A DNA stretch of 63,945 nucleotides, filler included, from Octopus bimaculoides (Eukaryota), in the NCBI RefSeq assembly GCF_001194135.2. It is 6 parts of 5 records of this genome, joined end to end, with 100 filler letters (N's around TTAATTAATTAA, not from the genome) between each part and the next. Parts side by side here need not be neighbours in the genome. Positions count along the whole stretch, not along the records: positions 1 to 29,038 come from NC_068990.1; 5 more parts are not named here. One strand, 5' to 3'. A program made the position numbers and the translations under genes. Under the pieces are notes generated by a model, which did not search any database, was not told the origin of the DNA, and saw only the letters and a list, made by a program, of their open reading frames with translations. Below are positions 12,053 to 26,313 of the stretch, piece after piece (the first letter of the stretch is position 1; the number at the start of each line of letters is the position of its first letter).

Positions 12053-12410
12053 GAGGCGCAGGCGTGGCTGTGTGATAAGAAGCTTGCTTCCCAACAACAT
12101 GGTTCCGGGTTCAGTACCACTGCTATTGCCTTGGGCCGACCAAATCCATGTGAGTGGATTTGGTAGACAAAAACTGCAAAGAGGCCGTCGTATATATATG
12201 TATATAAATGTGTGTATGTGTGTGTGTCTGTGTGTATGTCTGTGTTTGTCCCCGCCCCCAATCGCTTGACAACCGCTGTTGGTGTGTAATTTCGGCAAAA
12301 GATACCGATGGAATAAGTACTAGGCATACAAAGAATAAGTCCTGGGGGCGAGTAATTCGACTAAAAAGGTGGTGCTCCAGCATGGCCGCAGAAAACAACT
12401 GAAACATAAA
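12053..12410 (+). mobile_element. SINE family A
   Basis: GGCGCAGGCGTGGCTGTGTGATAAGAAGC..GGTTCAGT head, internal TA/TG repeat, and 3' GGTGCTCCAGCATGGCCGCAG. Confidence 0.85.
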
Positions 12411-12850
12411 ACAGTAAATGAATATATATATATATACATTATATATNNNNNNNNNNNNNNNNNNNNNNNNNNNNNNNNNNNNNNNNNNNNNNNNNNNNNN
12501 NNNNNNNNNNNNNNNNNNNNNNNNNNNNNNNNNNNNNNNNNNNNNNNNNNNNNNNNNNNNNNNNNNNNNNNNNNNNNNNNNNNNNNNNNNNNNNNNNNNN
12601 NNNNNNNNNNNNNNNNNNNNNNNNNNNNNNNNNNNNNNNNNNNNNNNNNNNNNNNNNNNNNNNNNNNNNNNNNNNNNNNNNNNNNNNNNNNNNNNNNNNN
12701 NNNNNNNNNNNNNNNNNNNNNNNNNNNNNNNNNNNNNNNNNNNNNNNNNNNNNCATTATATATATATATATAAAACTTTACGATGAATTTAACGTTAGCG
12801 TCTTATGAGGATAAATTTATAAGATCTAAAACTGCAGAAGAATTCGTTGC

Positions 12851-12925
12851 TGGGCAGTTTGGTTTAATGGTAAAACACTTGACATATAATCACAGAGATG
12901 GGAGTTCGAGTCTCATGGCTAGATG
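12851..12925 (+). mobile_element. Decayed tRNA-like SINE head
   Basis: A-box-like TGGTTTAATGGTA and B-box-like GTTCGAGTCTC, but the acceptor stem does not pair. Confidence 0.45.
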
Positions 12926-13034
12926 GCAACGTATTTTTCTGCATTATATGGATAATTTATCCTGATCACGTTATTTATAGTATTATCACACGCTTGAGAA
13001 ATAAATTTATTTCTGTATCTTATATATATATATA

Positions 13035-13200
13035 TATGTATATATACAGAGAGAGAGATCTTACTTTTACTTGTTTCAGTCACTAGACTGCGATCATTCT
13101 GTGGCACCGCCCTGAAGGATTTGTTACCGTGTACGGAACCGCTAGGTTATGGAAAGGTAAACACAACAGCATCGGTTGTCAAGCTGTAGTGGAAAACACG
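13035..13200 (-). mobile_element. SINE family A, 3' fragment
   Basis: TTTTACTTGTTTCAGTCA and GGAAAGGTAAACACAACAGCATCGGTTGTCAAGC match 18880-19050. Confidence 0.7.
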
Positions 13201-13360
13201 CGCGCCCGCGCACTCATAGATATGCATACATATATACGTACACACATATATATATGTATGTGTGTGTGTATATATTTATATATATCAGGATATTATTGTT
13301 TACAATAATACCAAGTGGCAATCTTCTGACTGCTACTTTTACACGTGCTGGTGCTGCTTG

Positions 13361-13409
<49 letters not shown>

Positions 13410-13418
<9 letters not shown>

Positions 13419-14310
13419 GATAGTTAGGGCTGGTTCATAGGGAAACCCAGGGTTTCACGTCCATGAAGCGCTTACCTCTACATACGCTTCGGCAGACCCT
13501 AATGGCTAGTGGTTTATAACCTCTCTTCGAAGTGGAGGAAGTAAAGTTCTCCTGGCTAGTTTTTGAACACGCAAACAAAGAAGAAAGGTCAAGCGCAAGG
13601 GATTGTCTGCCTCAGACCGCTATCCGGAATCTGCCCAGTAGGCTTGCGGCTCTCAGGATTTCAGTAGGAATCGCCCGAAGCTTAAGCAGGGTGCTAAGTT
13701 TTCTGTCCTGGAATTTATGGATGATCTTACATTCAAGAATGGAAATATAGAAAGATAAAGAAATATAATTTAAAAAATTAAAAATATAAAAATTATAAAG
13801 GTGGTTAAAAAGTTGTTTGCTATAAATACATAGAAGAGCTGTACGTGTGGGTAGAGAAACAGTTAGGGAATGACAAGGGTGGGGATGTTATTTACACATT
13901 GAGAATGTGTTGCATAATTTATGTTTCCTATTAAAAGTTAGATGATTTCGTTCATTCAAACAGTTAGTGGACTGCATAATGGAAAAGACTTCGGTGATGC
14001 ATAGCCGTTATTTGGTAGCATGGTTAGTATGGATCATTTTAAATTATATCGAATTGAGTTTTTTTTTTATTTTGTGGATTAGCTGAGATAAAGAAGTGCA
14101 GTTAGTTCTTACATAAGATTTGACGCTAGAATAGTGGTTGCCCACTATGGCTTTCAGGACTACACTTGTGGCTATAAACGCCTGCCTGTGGGAAGCAAAG
14201 GGGACTACGCTTGTTACACTTAAGAGACCCTTTCGTATCCTTTCAGGAACTATTGCACCTGAAAGTCGTTTTTATACCTTGTACGGATTTCTTGAAGCTT
14301 CTTAACCTTC
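13410..14310 (-). mobile_element. Penelope-like element, decayed 3' region (GIY-YIG C-terminal part and adjacent pLTR-like DNA)
   Basis: The minus strand around 14000-14130 reads TNCTSLSQLIHKIKK/SIRYNLK*SIL, resembling the PLE T.LS..IW.LK....Y.IKWSIL motif. A hammerhead-like relic lies at 13438-13501. Confidence 0.5.
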
Positions 14311-14335
14311 CACAACTTGACCCTTGGATCTAACC

Positions 14336-14338
<3 letters not shown>

Positions 14339-14407
<69 letters not shown>
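14339..14407. repeat. (CA)n microsatellite running into a gap
   Basis: Directly visible. Confidence 0.95.
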
Positions 14408-14676
14408 NNNNNNNNNNNNNNNNNNNNNNNNNNNNNNNNNNNNNNNNNNNNNNNNNNNNNNNNNNNNNNNNNNNNNNNNNNNNNNNNNNNNNNNNNNNNN
14501 NNNNNNNNNNNNNNNNNNNNNNNNNNNNNNNNNNNNNNNNNNNNNNNNNNNNNNNNNNNNNNNNNNNNNNNNNNNNNNNNNNNNNNNNNNNNNNNNNNNN
14601 NNNNNNNNNNNNNNNNNNNNNNNNNNNNNNNNNNNNNNNNNNNNNNNNNNNNNNNNNNNNNNNNNNNNATATATAA

Positions 14677-14908
14677 ATTTCTTTATTGCCCACAGGGAGC
14701 TAAACACAGAGGGGACAAACAAGGACAGACAAAGGGATTAAGTCGATTACATCGACCACTGTGCATAACTGGTACTTATTTAATCGACCCCGAAAGGATG
14801 ATTGACAAAGTCGACCTCGGCGAAATTTGAACTCAGAACGTAACGGCAGACGAAATACCGCTAAGCATTTCACCCGGCGTGCTAACGATTCTGCCAGCTC
14901 GCCGCCAT
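14677..14908 (-). mobile_element. SINE family B, full length
   Basis: Reverse complement is colinear with 29139-29373. Confidence 0.9.
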
Positions 14909-16089
14909 AATATATATAAGTCGGACCTACAATGCCGAGTGGGTGCACTGCCGAACGCACACTGAGCATAAGAAAGCATGCTAGATGTCAGAAATCAAAT
15001 TAGTAGAGGGGCGTCTCTGTGGCTACTCTTGTAGGTGTGTATGCCTGCCTTCGAGAAGTAGAGGGGACCACACTTGTCACACTAAAGAGACTATTTCGTG
15101 TCCTTTACAGGAAACAAAACAGAATGTAACGATGGTACAAGGGATGTACCTTCGTCGAATCCTGGAGTAAGGTCAAGAAGATACTGGGGAGGGAAGGATG
15201 TAAGGGAAGGAGGCACAAAGGAAGAAGTCGCACATGGGTTATGTTCACATGTTTGATCTCTGACTAACCAGAAATGTGAGAGGTAATTGTGGTTTGAATG
15301 GCAAGTGAGCGATATATGACAGCCTATTGACGTGTGTGAATGCGCGTGTATGTGTGAGGGGACGTGTGTATATGTGTGTGCGTGTGTGTGTGTATGTGAG
15401 AGAGAGGGAAAGAGAGAGAAAGAGTGAAAGAGAGAGAAAGAGAGAGATAGTGAAAGAGAGAGATAGTGAAAGAGAAAGAGGGAGGGAGAGAGTGAAAGAG
15501 AGAGAAAAAGAGTGATGGTGTGTGTACGCACGTGCATGCATTTGTGTACATGTCTGTGTCTAAGTATTGTAGGAATTACGAGCAGTGAGTTTGTGTGTGT
15601 GATTCCGTCTATGAATTCAAATTCACTTTTGAACTCGCTCGTTTTTAAAACTTCATTGTAGACTAAATTCCCCACACACTCACAGATACATACAAGCTCT
15701 GTCAAAGGAACGTTGCACTTTAGGCGGGTATTGTAGCGAAGTTCCGATATGTGTATTTATATTGTTATGTAGAGTCTTTGTTATTGAACGTCTAATGTTG
15801 TAATGTTTATTCTTTTATCTATAGCAGCATTTCTTTCGGTTCTCTATCTATAAATTTCCTAAACTGTTTTATTATTTATGATTAATTTCAGATTACAATA
15901 AGAAAATGTGTTGTCCAAATTAAATATAATTTGTACAACACATGCACAAATATCCAAGGTGAAGAAATACTCAGAGAGAACGATTATTGGGGTGGGGGTC
16001 TGTATCTTGGAACTTGCTTACATCTTTACTTATTCGAGTAGCTAAAATCCTAACAGAGCTGATAACAGTTATTAATCGTAAAAAGCTTT

Positions 16090-16790
16090 TATTGCGAGTA
16101 GGACGAATGGCGTTCGAGATAAACTGTACAGCGACGAAATCGTACCGCAAGCACATTTGCTGTGTCCAAGCATTGCTGACTTGTGGAGTTATGTCAAACA
16201 GCTCTTGTCACATATAGGACGAATCTGATTATCAGCCAAGTCTACCGTGACGATCCACTGACCACCCACTTTTAAAAAGACAAGGCTGGTGGTTGCTCCC
16301 CTGTTGAGTGGCTTTGTCGAAGGAGGTTTTGTGGTGTACGAGATTGAAATGGTCGAGGAAAGACACCTTCCTCTTCGATCAGGCCTTCATCGACCGTTTT
16401 AAAGGAAAGGAAAATGAAGGTAGACAGGGAATGCTCCTTCGTGGGTTTGTGAAAAGATGAGTGACTGTAGCAAAAATGGTTAGGGTGAATGGCCCTATTC
16501 TAAGTATGCACTTGTAGTTGAGTGAGGATTGTGCTTTGGGGAGTCTGGAAAATCCTGAATCTTTTGATCGAGCATAGCTGGAGCTGCCCCTGTATCAAGA
16601 CCGCTGCAGGATTCATGTGCGCGCGCACTTATTTTGTATACTAAGTGTACTTTTTATATTACTCCTTTTTCTCTCCCTTTCTGACAATTGTGTTTTTTTA
16701 TGTAAGACCCTCAACAAATTGTAAACTGTCCTTGTTATGTATTCCTTCCTCCGATGTTCATGTTGCAAACAAAATAAAAGTATTTCTATT
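16090..16790 (+). mobile_element. L1/Tx1-type LINE 3' fragment, related to 5126-7545
   Basis: GACTTGTGGAGTTA..AACAGCT is shared with ~7005-7030. The C-terminus FVKR*VTVAKMVRVNGPILSMHL* parallels FAKRWVNVAKTARVSGPTLIMRP*. T-rich UTR ending AAATAAAA. Confidence 0.75.
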
Positions 16791-17151
16791 ATTACTATTC
16801 TTGTNNNNNNNNNNTCTTAGCATGTATATATATATTTATATATATATATACAGAATGATGAACACATTTTTCACATGACAGTGATTTCCATTCACCAGCT
16901 AAAGCAATTTTCCCATTCCAGCATGCTTCTACACGCCATTATTAACTCTCTGTGAAAGCTGTGAATGGAAGAGTTCCTAGAATACTGAATATAATGCCTT
17001 GCTTTTAGTTAGAACACCCTATGTTTATGAGTTCACACCGACTCTAGGACGTAGTCAGCATGTGGATTTCGTTAAACTATCTAGAAACTGGTCCTCTTCT
17101 TCTTCTCCTCTTCCTCATCTTCATCCTCATTCGCATCATCATCAACATCAG

Positions 17152-17216
<65 letters not shown>

Positions 17217-17218
<2 letters not shown>

Positions 17219-17853
17219 GAGTGAGAGAGCAGTGTGTGCCATCAAAGTGACACTGGGGTAAAATATTTGAAGCCCATTATACCCATCATGACTACTCGTC
17301 TGATAAGGGTACACCAGGCACATGCATCACAACCATATGTGCGCTATATAAACAGTGCATTAGCCTTGCATAAACGAAACCCAATGCACCCATCATGACT
17401 ACTCGTCTGATAAGGGTACATAAGGCACATGCACCATGACCATATGTGTGTGACATGGTTATCCCTTTTCAAGATAAACAACTTGTGAAATTTTTCTATG
17501 TCGAGTAGCCCAATTCACTTGAAAGAATTCTGAATAATGTTTAAGGATGATGAATGAAACACCTATGTTTCCAGAGGTGAATTGTCCAAACCCCAAAGAA
17601 TCCGTCTTAACACATGGCTATGATGCTTCCTCAGAGCTCCTAGTCATAATCAGAGAAATACACATATCGTCAGTCACTAAGGGACATGGTCAACTGATCA
17701 AGGTCAAGCAACTTACAAACAAATCTGCGATATTGGGCAGAATATTTGCTATAACCCATCGTTGAAACCAAGACAAAGTATGTACATATTAATACGTCCA
17801 GTCAGTTAAGATCAGAAGCCATGAGAGCCACTGCCTGGTACTGTATCAAGGCA
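17217..17853 (-). mobile_element. Second copy of element X, with an internal duplication
   Basis: Reverse complement of 9301-9844, with (ATT)n on both flanks. CCCATCATGACTACTCGTCTGATAAGGGTAC is present twice (~17282 and ~17389). Confidence 0.8.
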
Positions 17854-18166
17854 TTTATTTATTTATTTATTATTATTATNNNNNNNNNNNNNNNNNNNNN
17901 NNNNNNNNNNNNNNNNNNNNNNNNNNNNNNNNNNNNNNNNNNNNNNNNNNNNNNNNNNNNNNNNNNNNNNNNNNNNNNNNNNNNNNNNNNNNNNNNNNNN
18001 NNNNNNNNNNNNNNNNNNNNNNNNNNNNNNNNNNNNNNNNNNNNNNNNNNNNNNNNNNNNNNNNNNNNNNNNNNNNNNNNNNNNNNNNNNNNNNNNNNNN
18101 NAGAAGCCATGAGAGCCACTGCCTGGTACTGTATCAAGGCATTTATTTATTTATTTATTATTATTA

Positions 18167-18282
<116 letters not shown>

Positions 18283-18873
18283 TTTACTATTATTACTATC
18301 TTCTTTCAATTTTGCTTCCATTTCTTGCCGAGTATTTTCCTAGCGCCTAGGGCAGAGAAACTCACTATATACATTTGCAAAGTCATGTGATAGGGGAAAG
18401 GGGGAAGACAGAGAGGAAAAGGAAAAAATGTCATTATCATAATCATTGTTTGTTGTTGTTTTTGTTGTAGTCTGGAAGCATTGTTTAGAGCGTCGGGCAA
18501 AATGAGTTCTGATATTTAGTTATCACCCTTCATTTTCTGTGTTCAGTTTACACCAAGGTCAACTTTGCATTTCATCCCTGAAATGAAATAAAGATGAAAT
18601 ACTTGTCATGTACCGTAATCGTTGGTATCAACTTTCCCTCCCCATAAATTCGTTTGTCTTCTGTCCAGATGATCAGGAGTGACAAAAATTGGTACCCTTC
18701 TTACACCGAACTGAAAACAACCCACATTCACACCTCATACACCACTCCACAAAAACAGAAACACATATGTATGCATTGGCATGCGAACATGTCCCGCTCC
18801 CATTGATTGCAAACCTCTTCTACCCATACTTGCAGTACAGCACAATACACATGAATGGTACTGTTTTTACTAT

Positions 18874-19272
18874 TTTACTCATTTATTTGTTTCAGTCATT
18901 TGACTGCGGCCATGCTGGAGCACCGCCTTTAGTCGAGCAAATCGACCCCAGGACTTATTCCGTGTAAGCCTAGTACTTATTCTATCGGTCTCTTTTTGTC
19001 GAACCGCTAAGTTACGGGAACGTAAACACACCAGCATCGGTTGTCAAGCGATGGTGGGAGGACAAACAGAGACACACACACACACACATATATACATATA
19101 TATACATATATACGACAAGCTTCTTTCAGTTTCCGTCTACCAAATCCATTCACAAGGCTTTGGTCGGCCCGAGGCTATAGTAGAAGACACTTGCCCAAGG
19201 TGCCACGCAGTGGGACTGAACCCGGTACCATGTGGTTGGTAAGCAAGCTACTTACCACACAGCCACTCCTGC
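18874..19272 (-). mobile_element. SINE family A, full length
   Basis: Reverse complement is colinear with 32739-33133 and 36832-37328. Confidence 0.9.
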
Positions 19273-20054
19273 GAGAATATGGCTGAAATCTTTTGTGACA
19301 TCATATGTTTGACGTGTTGTCATGAGATCTTCTCTTAATTCCGTTACTTCAGTTCGAATTTACTTAAAGAATTTCAAGACAATAGTGGTAAGAGCTCCTC
19401 TAGTGTGACTTGAGGAGGAAAGAAAAGAAACAAAAGCTTGCACAAGGTTAGGATCTGTTTTCAAACATAACGAAGAACTACAATCATTTGAACAATATCA
19501 GACACGTTTTCAGTTGAGTCATCACTCAGAGAAAAATATTTGACTTCTTTCATTTTCGATATTCGCTTCTCATAATTTCTGTGGTTTCCTCATACATTAT
19601 TTGTTGATAGATATGAAGTACTTCTTCGTTCTTAATTATCATATTATATCTTAATTACAAAGAACTAAGGAAAAGATCAGATTTCTGCCATTACTTCAAA
19701 TATCGCATGATAGTTGTTATTCTGTTGAGAATTAAGTATTTCTTTCGGTATTACCACGAAACTATTTAATCTACTCTGCATTAGTCATCAGAATTGTTTT
19801 TTCTTCGTGAATTGGATTTCAAATATTAAATCAAAATTCGTTCGAGTGCATTGCGTCTTGAAATCTAAGTCTTAACAGAGATTCGATACCCAGATATTTT
19901 CTCAGGTTCTATAATCCATGTAGGGGCGTGTTGCCTGTTTGAAAATTCACCGACAGAAAAACAGGGTTATTTTTCCTATACAGCAGCAAAGGGAAGGTCA
20001 GCATAACAGTATGATCTCCTATGGAGGTCCCGAAAGTTACGGAGACATAAGCAA

Positions 20055-20098
20055 ATCAACACCAGTTGTCAAGCGGTGGTGTGGGACAAACACAAACA

Positions 20099-20141
<43 letters not shown>

Positions 20142-20350
20142 GCGCGCGCAAACGCGCGTGCGTGCGCATGCAAACGCAGACACACACACACACACACACA
20201 CACACATCATTCATACAGTAACACATACATATATACATACACCCACCCACACACATACGACGTGTTTCCACTCATAAAGCAAGGTGCCACGCAGTTGGGC
20301 TGAACGCGAAACCACGCGGTCGCAAGGCGGGCTTCTTAACCACACAGTCC
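20055..20350 (-). mobile_element. SINE family A, decayed, with an expanded internal (CA)n
   Basis: CACCAGTTGTCAAGCGGTGG and CAAGGTGCCACGCAGTTGGGCTGAAC..CTTCTTAACCACACAG. Confidence 0.7.
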
Positions 20351-21034
20351 TACCTGAGCTTCTACATTATTTTAATTTTAAAACTCTTCATTTTACGCCT
20401 ACAGAAATCCTTTCCGTTCTTTCCCAACTGACCCGGGCAACAAGATATTTGATAAAGCGCAATCATTGCATGTTAGAATGAAGCACGTTATAAAAGAATG
20501 AAATTAATGTTTTCACAATTCACAATAATTCACAATAGATTGCTAACAAGAATTGAAATGATACCATTTGTGCGGTGACTCCCAAAACTGATTGAAGCTG
20601 ATTCCGATCCATATTGATCAACAATGGTCTCTTTCAACTGTTTCATTTGCATATTCATTTTGGCAGTGATTGTTTCAAAATTGTTAGAGAACCAAACTAA
20701 ACATGGGTTCTAATATATAGTTAATTAATTCATATGTTCTCTAGTGACTTCATTTTATTATTTTTCGCTGTTACGTATTAATATTTATAACTATAAATAT
20801 CAATGAATGCTGACACAAACGTTTCCATACGGACACATTTATGCATTGATGATAACTTACATGAATATAATGATATAGCACAACACGGAGATACACACAC
20901 ACATACACTCAGATATATGCACACAGAGTAACACCAATGCATACATATACATACACATACAGACACACACTCACAAACATACATATACAAACTCACACAC
21001 ACACACACACACCCACACATATATATATAGAGAG

Positions 21035-21079
<45 letters not shown>

Positions 21080-21753
21080 TGTTCTTATATATATGTGTGT
21101 GTAAGTCTATCTATACACGTGTTTTTGTATGTATGTATATCTATATATACATATATATACATATATATGCGCATGTGTGCATGTACGTATGTGCATATGT
21201 ACGTATGTATGTATGTACGTATGTATACGTATCTGCGTATGTCTGTACGTACATGCATGTATGTATGATCCTTGTTTTAAATAAATATAGAACCTCAGAT
21301 ATAGAAATTTTTCAATGGATAAGAGAACAAATTTCTTAATTTAAACCAAGCAGAAAATTATCCTTTGAGATTAATGCAATTGCTTATTCTCGGCTAACGG
21401 CTCGTTCACCACATTTCCATTCAGACGTAAATATACAGCTATTTTAACGAATACAAATATACATGCAAATGTACATCCTCTACACACANNNNNNNNNNNN
21501 NNNNNNNNNNNNNNNNNNNNNNNNNNNNNNNNNNNNNNNNNNNNNNNNNNNNNNNNNNNNNNNNNNNNNNNNNNNNNNNNNNNNNNNNNNNNNNNNNNNN
21601 NNNNNNNNNNNNNNNNNNNNNNNNNNNNNNNNNNNNNNNNNNNNNNNNNNNNNNNNNNNNNNNNNNNNNTATATATACATACATATATATATACATATAT
21701 ATATACATAATATATATATACATATATATATATATACATACATATATATACAT

Positions 21754-21852
<99 letters not shown>

Positions 21853-22055
21853 TATATCTGTCGGCGTAAATGATAATGTGCATATGTAAATTCCTCTATA
21901 TTTATATGTATATACAGACACGTTAAACATTCATGTGAGTGGCTGTGCGTATAAATATGTATTGCCAATGTGCATTTAAACGTTTTCCCGTGTCTTTCAG
22001 GATGTATTTGTGCAAAAAACAAAATACCTATCAAAAACATATAGCTATATAGATA

Positions 22056-22088
<33 letters not shown>

Positions 22089-22913
22089 CTATGTATGCAT
22101 ACATGTATGTGCGTATATATATATACATAAATATATGTACACACACACACATATTCTTATACATAGATCAATAAAAAATTTCATACGACTGCTGCACAAT
22201 ATGAAGGGCATTTTCACTGCAAAGTCGCACCAACAGCTCACTTTCTGTTGTAATTATCAAGATCCTGTTCGCCCGTTTGATCAGGCGTGTTTGGTGAGCC
22301 CAATAGTTTATAGAGCCTTGCACAGCAGTGCTCCAATGTAATGTAATCGAAAAGAAAAATTGTGTCGATTTATGTGAAGGCAATTTTAAAAGGCATTATG
22401 CAAACCATCACTATTTTTCCAATACGTTCCAAAGTTGGCTAGACAAGTGTGAGATCTGAAGATCAACAGCGCGTCACATACAGTGAAGTGGAGAATCGTG
22501 GAGAAATCTGCGCTATATATTAATTAATCAAAGACATGCAAATTAGACGTAGCTGAAAGATTACACATTCCATTTAGATTCAAGAGTTCCACCACACTAT
22601 TTCATTCCAGATCTGAAATTTTTAGCGATTGCACGCACATGGAAAGTATTTTTGGCGAACTGTAGGACACCCCCCACTCCGGCTTTAGAAGGTGTTGATT
22701 TGGCCTTGTCTCCGTTATATTATTCTACGCCAGTTAGATTAATTATGTCTACAGACAAAGGGGACGCAGGTCTTAGTTTTTTTCACTTTTTTCTTACTTC
22801 GCGATCCACTTTTTGCACTGGGTTTGATTTTTCTCTCGTCTTTTTTTTTCTCTTAAACCAGTGACCTGGTCTTCAAATAGGAGTAACATACATACATACA
22901 TACACATACATAC

Positions 22914-22989
<76 letters not shown>

Positions 22990-23013
22990 GGATAGATAGA
23001 TAGATAGATAGAT
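22914..23013. repeat. (AGAT)n microsatellite running into a gap
   Basis: Directly visible. Confidence 0.95.
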
Positions 23014-23414
23014 NNNNNNNNNNNNNNNNNNNNNNNNNNNNNNNNNNNNNNNNNNNNNNNNNNNNNNNNNNNNNNNNNNNNNNNNNNNNNNNNNNNNNNN
23101 NNNNNNNNNNNNNNNNNNNNNNNNNNNNNNNNNNNNNNNNNNNNNNNNNNNNNNNNNNNNNNNNNNNNNNNNNNNNNNNNNNNNNNNNNNNNNNNNNNNN
23201 NNNNNNNNNNNNNNNNNNNNNNNNNNNNNNNNNNNNNNNNNNNNNNNNNNNNNNNNNNNNNNNNNNNNNNNNNNNNNNNNNNNNNNNNNNNNNNNNNNNN
23301 NNNNNNNNNNNNNNNNNNNNNNNNNNNNNNNNNNNNNNNNNNNNNNNNNNNNNNNNNNNNNNNNNNNNNNNNNNNNNNNNNNNNNNNNNNNNNNNNNNNN
23401 NNNNNNNNNNNNNN

Positions 23415-23453
<39 letters not shown>

Positions 23454-24155
23454 CTCTCTATATATATATATACACACACATATACTATTGATTTAGAATA
23501 GTCCTAATGAAACATAATGAAAAAAATCAGTATAAAATAAAAGTAAATTTACATAAATTATCACTAACCCTAACCCTAACACAATCAAAGCACTACGCCA
23601 TCAGTAAACAAACTAACGTTAGGAATACAGGACATATTTTCACATAATCCTCACGTGTAAGGATCTTTATGTTGCTGTAGTTGTTTAGAAGATAAATATA
23701 CACCAAAAACCCTCGTATTTTCTTTGGTCATTACAGTTAATTTATTGTTTGTTAGACTGAACATGCGCCATGTTGGATTCCCCGAGCGACGACATAATAA
23801 AACATCGGTTTGTTTGATTGAATGGATGACATTAAAACTGCGGTACTGAATAGAGCGAAGGAAAAAGGGATGTTTGTGTAATTGTATGTGTATATATGTT
23901 AGTATATATATATATATATATATACATATATAGATTCATACACTGATAATATAATAAATATAAACATACATGTAAATACATGTAAATATATGTATATCTA
24001 CATACACTCATGCATATATACACACACACACACACACACACATAAATATGATCATATACATATATTCATATATACATAGCTATATAGANNNNNNNNNNAT
24101 ATACATATATTCATATATACATAGCTATATAGATGCTATATATATATGTACATAC

Positions 24156-24196
<41 letters not shown>

Positions 24197-26313
24197 CATA
24201 GATTCATACACTGATAATATAATAAATATAAACATACATGTGAATACATGTAAAGATATGTATATCTACATACCATCATGCATATATATCTATATCTATA
24301 TATATATATATATATATATATNNNNNNNNNNNNNNNNNNNNNNNNNNNNNNNNNNNNNNNNNNNNNNNNNNNNNNNNNNNNNNNNNNNNNNNNNNNNNNN
24401 NNNNNNNNNNNNNNNNNNNNNNNNNNNNNNNNNNNNNNNNNNNNNNNNNNNNNNNNNNNNNNNNNNNNNNNNNNNNNNNNNNNNNNNNNNNNNNNNNNNN
24501 NNNNNNNNNNNNNNNNNNNNNNNNNNNNNNNNNNNNNNNNNNNNNNNNNNNNNNNNNNNNNNNNNNNNNNNNNNNNNNNNNNNNNNNNNNNNNNNNNNNN
24601 NNNNNNNNNNNNNNNNNNNNNNNNNNNNNNNNNNNNNNNNNNNNNNNNNNNNNNNNNNNNNNNNNNNNNNNNNNNNNNNNNNNNNNNNNNNNNNNNNNNN
24701 NNNNNNNNNNNNNNNNNNNNNNNNNNNNNNNNNNNNNNNNNNNNNNNNNNNNNNNNNNNNNNNNNNNNNNNNNNNNNNNNNNNNNNNNNNNNNNNNNNNN
24801 NNNNNNNNNNNNNNNNNNNNNNNNNNNNNNNNNNNNNNNNNNNNNNNNNNNNNNNNNNNNNNNNNNNNNNNNNNNNNNNNNNNNNNNNNNNNNNNNNNNN
24901 NNNNNNNNNNNNNNNNNNNNNNNNNNNNNNNNNNNNNNNNNNNNNNNNNNNGTTCAGAAATTAAAGACCGCGCATAATAATGGCAACAGAATTTTAAATA
25001 CGGTTCCTTTTTAGCGAAAGAAAAAACTGGCAGTGAACGGTAAATATGAGATTGAATGGTAAAGCGCTTTCATTTTCTTAAATAGATTATTTTTGCAGAC
25101 CTACAGAACTATGATAAAATCGAAGCCGAAGCGAGAACAGAACGAAAACGCAATTTTATGTTTTCGTGTAATTATGCCTAGAAAAAATTCTTATGGTTTC
25201 CTGGTGTCAAAGAAGTCTCTCGGTTAGCCAGAAATAACAGTCAAATGACTGCATTAAAATTAAAGGATAGACATATCGAATAACGTGGATGTTTCTTGTA
25301 GTAACTCCAAATAAATAATGGGAAGGCAACGACTGGAATGTTAGTGATCCCATGCCTACCCTACCTGGCTAATCCAGGGTTAAACAACAAGCACAGTCTT
25401 TGATATCCTGATATTTTTGTCTATATAGACAGTAATCACTTTGAAACATGTGCATGCACTGATGTTTTTCTTTTCTTTTTTTTTTCACGTTTCTTCTGAT
25501 TGTTGCCTAAAGGTGATACCCCCAGGGATTCGATCGTGAAATATCTTTCTCCTAACAATACCTCTTTAACGTAGCGCCATTCGACAATTTCGATAGAAGC
25601 AAACTTAGATATATTTCTGGTCCGGGCTATCCATGTTTAACCTAAAAGCAGCTTATGATATACATCCTTCAATTCATCTATCCATCCATCTACTCATTAT
25701 ACATCCGTCGTACGTACATACATACATACATTCATAAGAAACAAAAAAGTAACTTCATCTTACATATAATAAAGCATAATGTGTTTCACACTTCGTTAAC
25801 GCTGGTAGAGGGAAACTAAAATGGTAACTGTAGTGGGAGTGAGTGACAGTCACAGACGCTAATTGCTAGGTAAACTGTAGCGAGAGATTTTGTTCGGAAG
25901 TAGCGTGTATTTTAATCAAAATGAAACTGCAAATTTTTATCGAAAATTATATCTCTCAATTTTTCACAAGCACCACCACACACACACGTGTGTGTGTGTG
26001 TTTTGGATTCTCTGAGGAAAATCGAATAAAGTTCGAAAATCGATTAAGGCTGTTCAACATCATTTCCATGCCTGCCCTTCCTGACAGTAACTGCTATTTC
26101 TATTTCCAAATAAAGGACAACTAATTTCACGCACCTTCGAAATTGTCAGAAATATAAACAAACATGCGTGTGACTGTTTACGCACATGCATACTCACACA
26201 CACACACACACACAAACTGGCGCATACACATACCCATGCGCACACATACACACATACATATGAGCACACTCCAGCGCGACCCCTATGCATACGTACACAT
26301 ATATATGCATATA

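Noticed and set aside
17815-18160. Duplicated 5' end of element X on both sides of a gap
   Set aside because: The sequence is identical on either side of an N run, typical of an unmerged contig overlap.
23566-23581. CTAACCCTAACCCTAAC telomere-like motif
   Set aside because: Only ~2.5 units. Such short tracts occur by chance or inside small transposons, so it is not an interstitial telomere array.
25099-25180. Protein-like peptides after AG acceptors (LQNYDKIEAEARTERKRNF here; DKDVRHYELGEIKQTLE near 49010)
   Set aside because: No convincing donors and no family motif; expected by chance in 64 kb.
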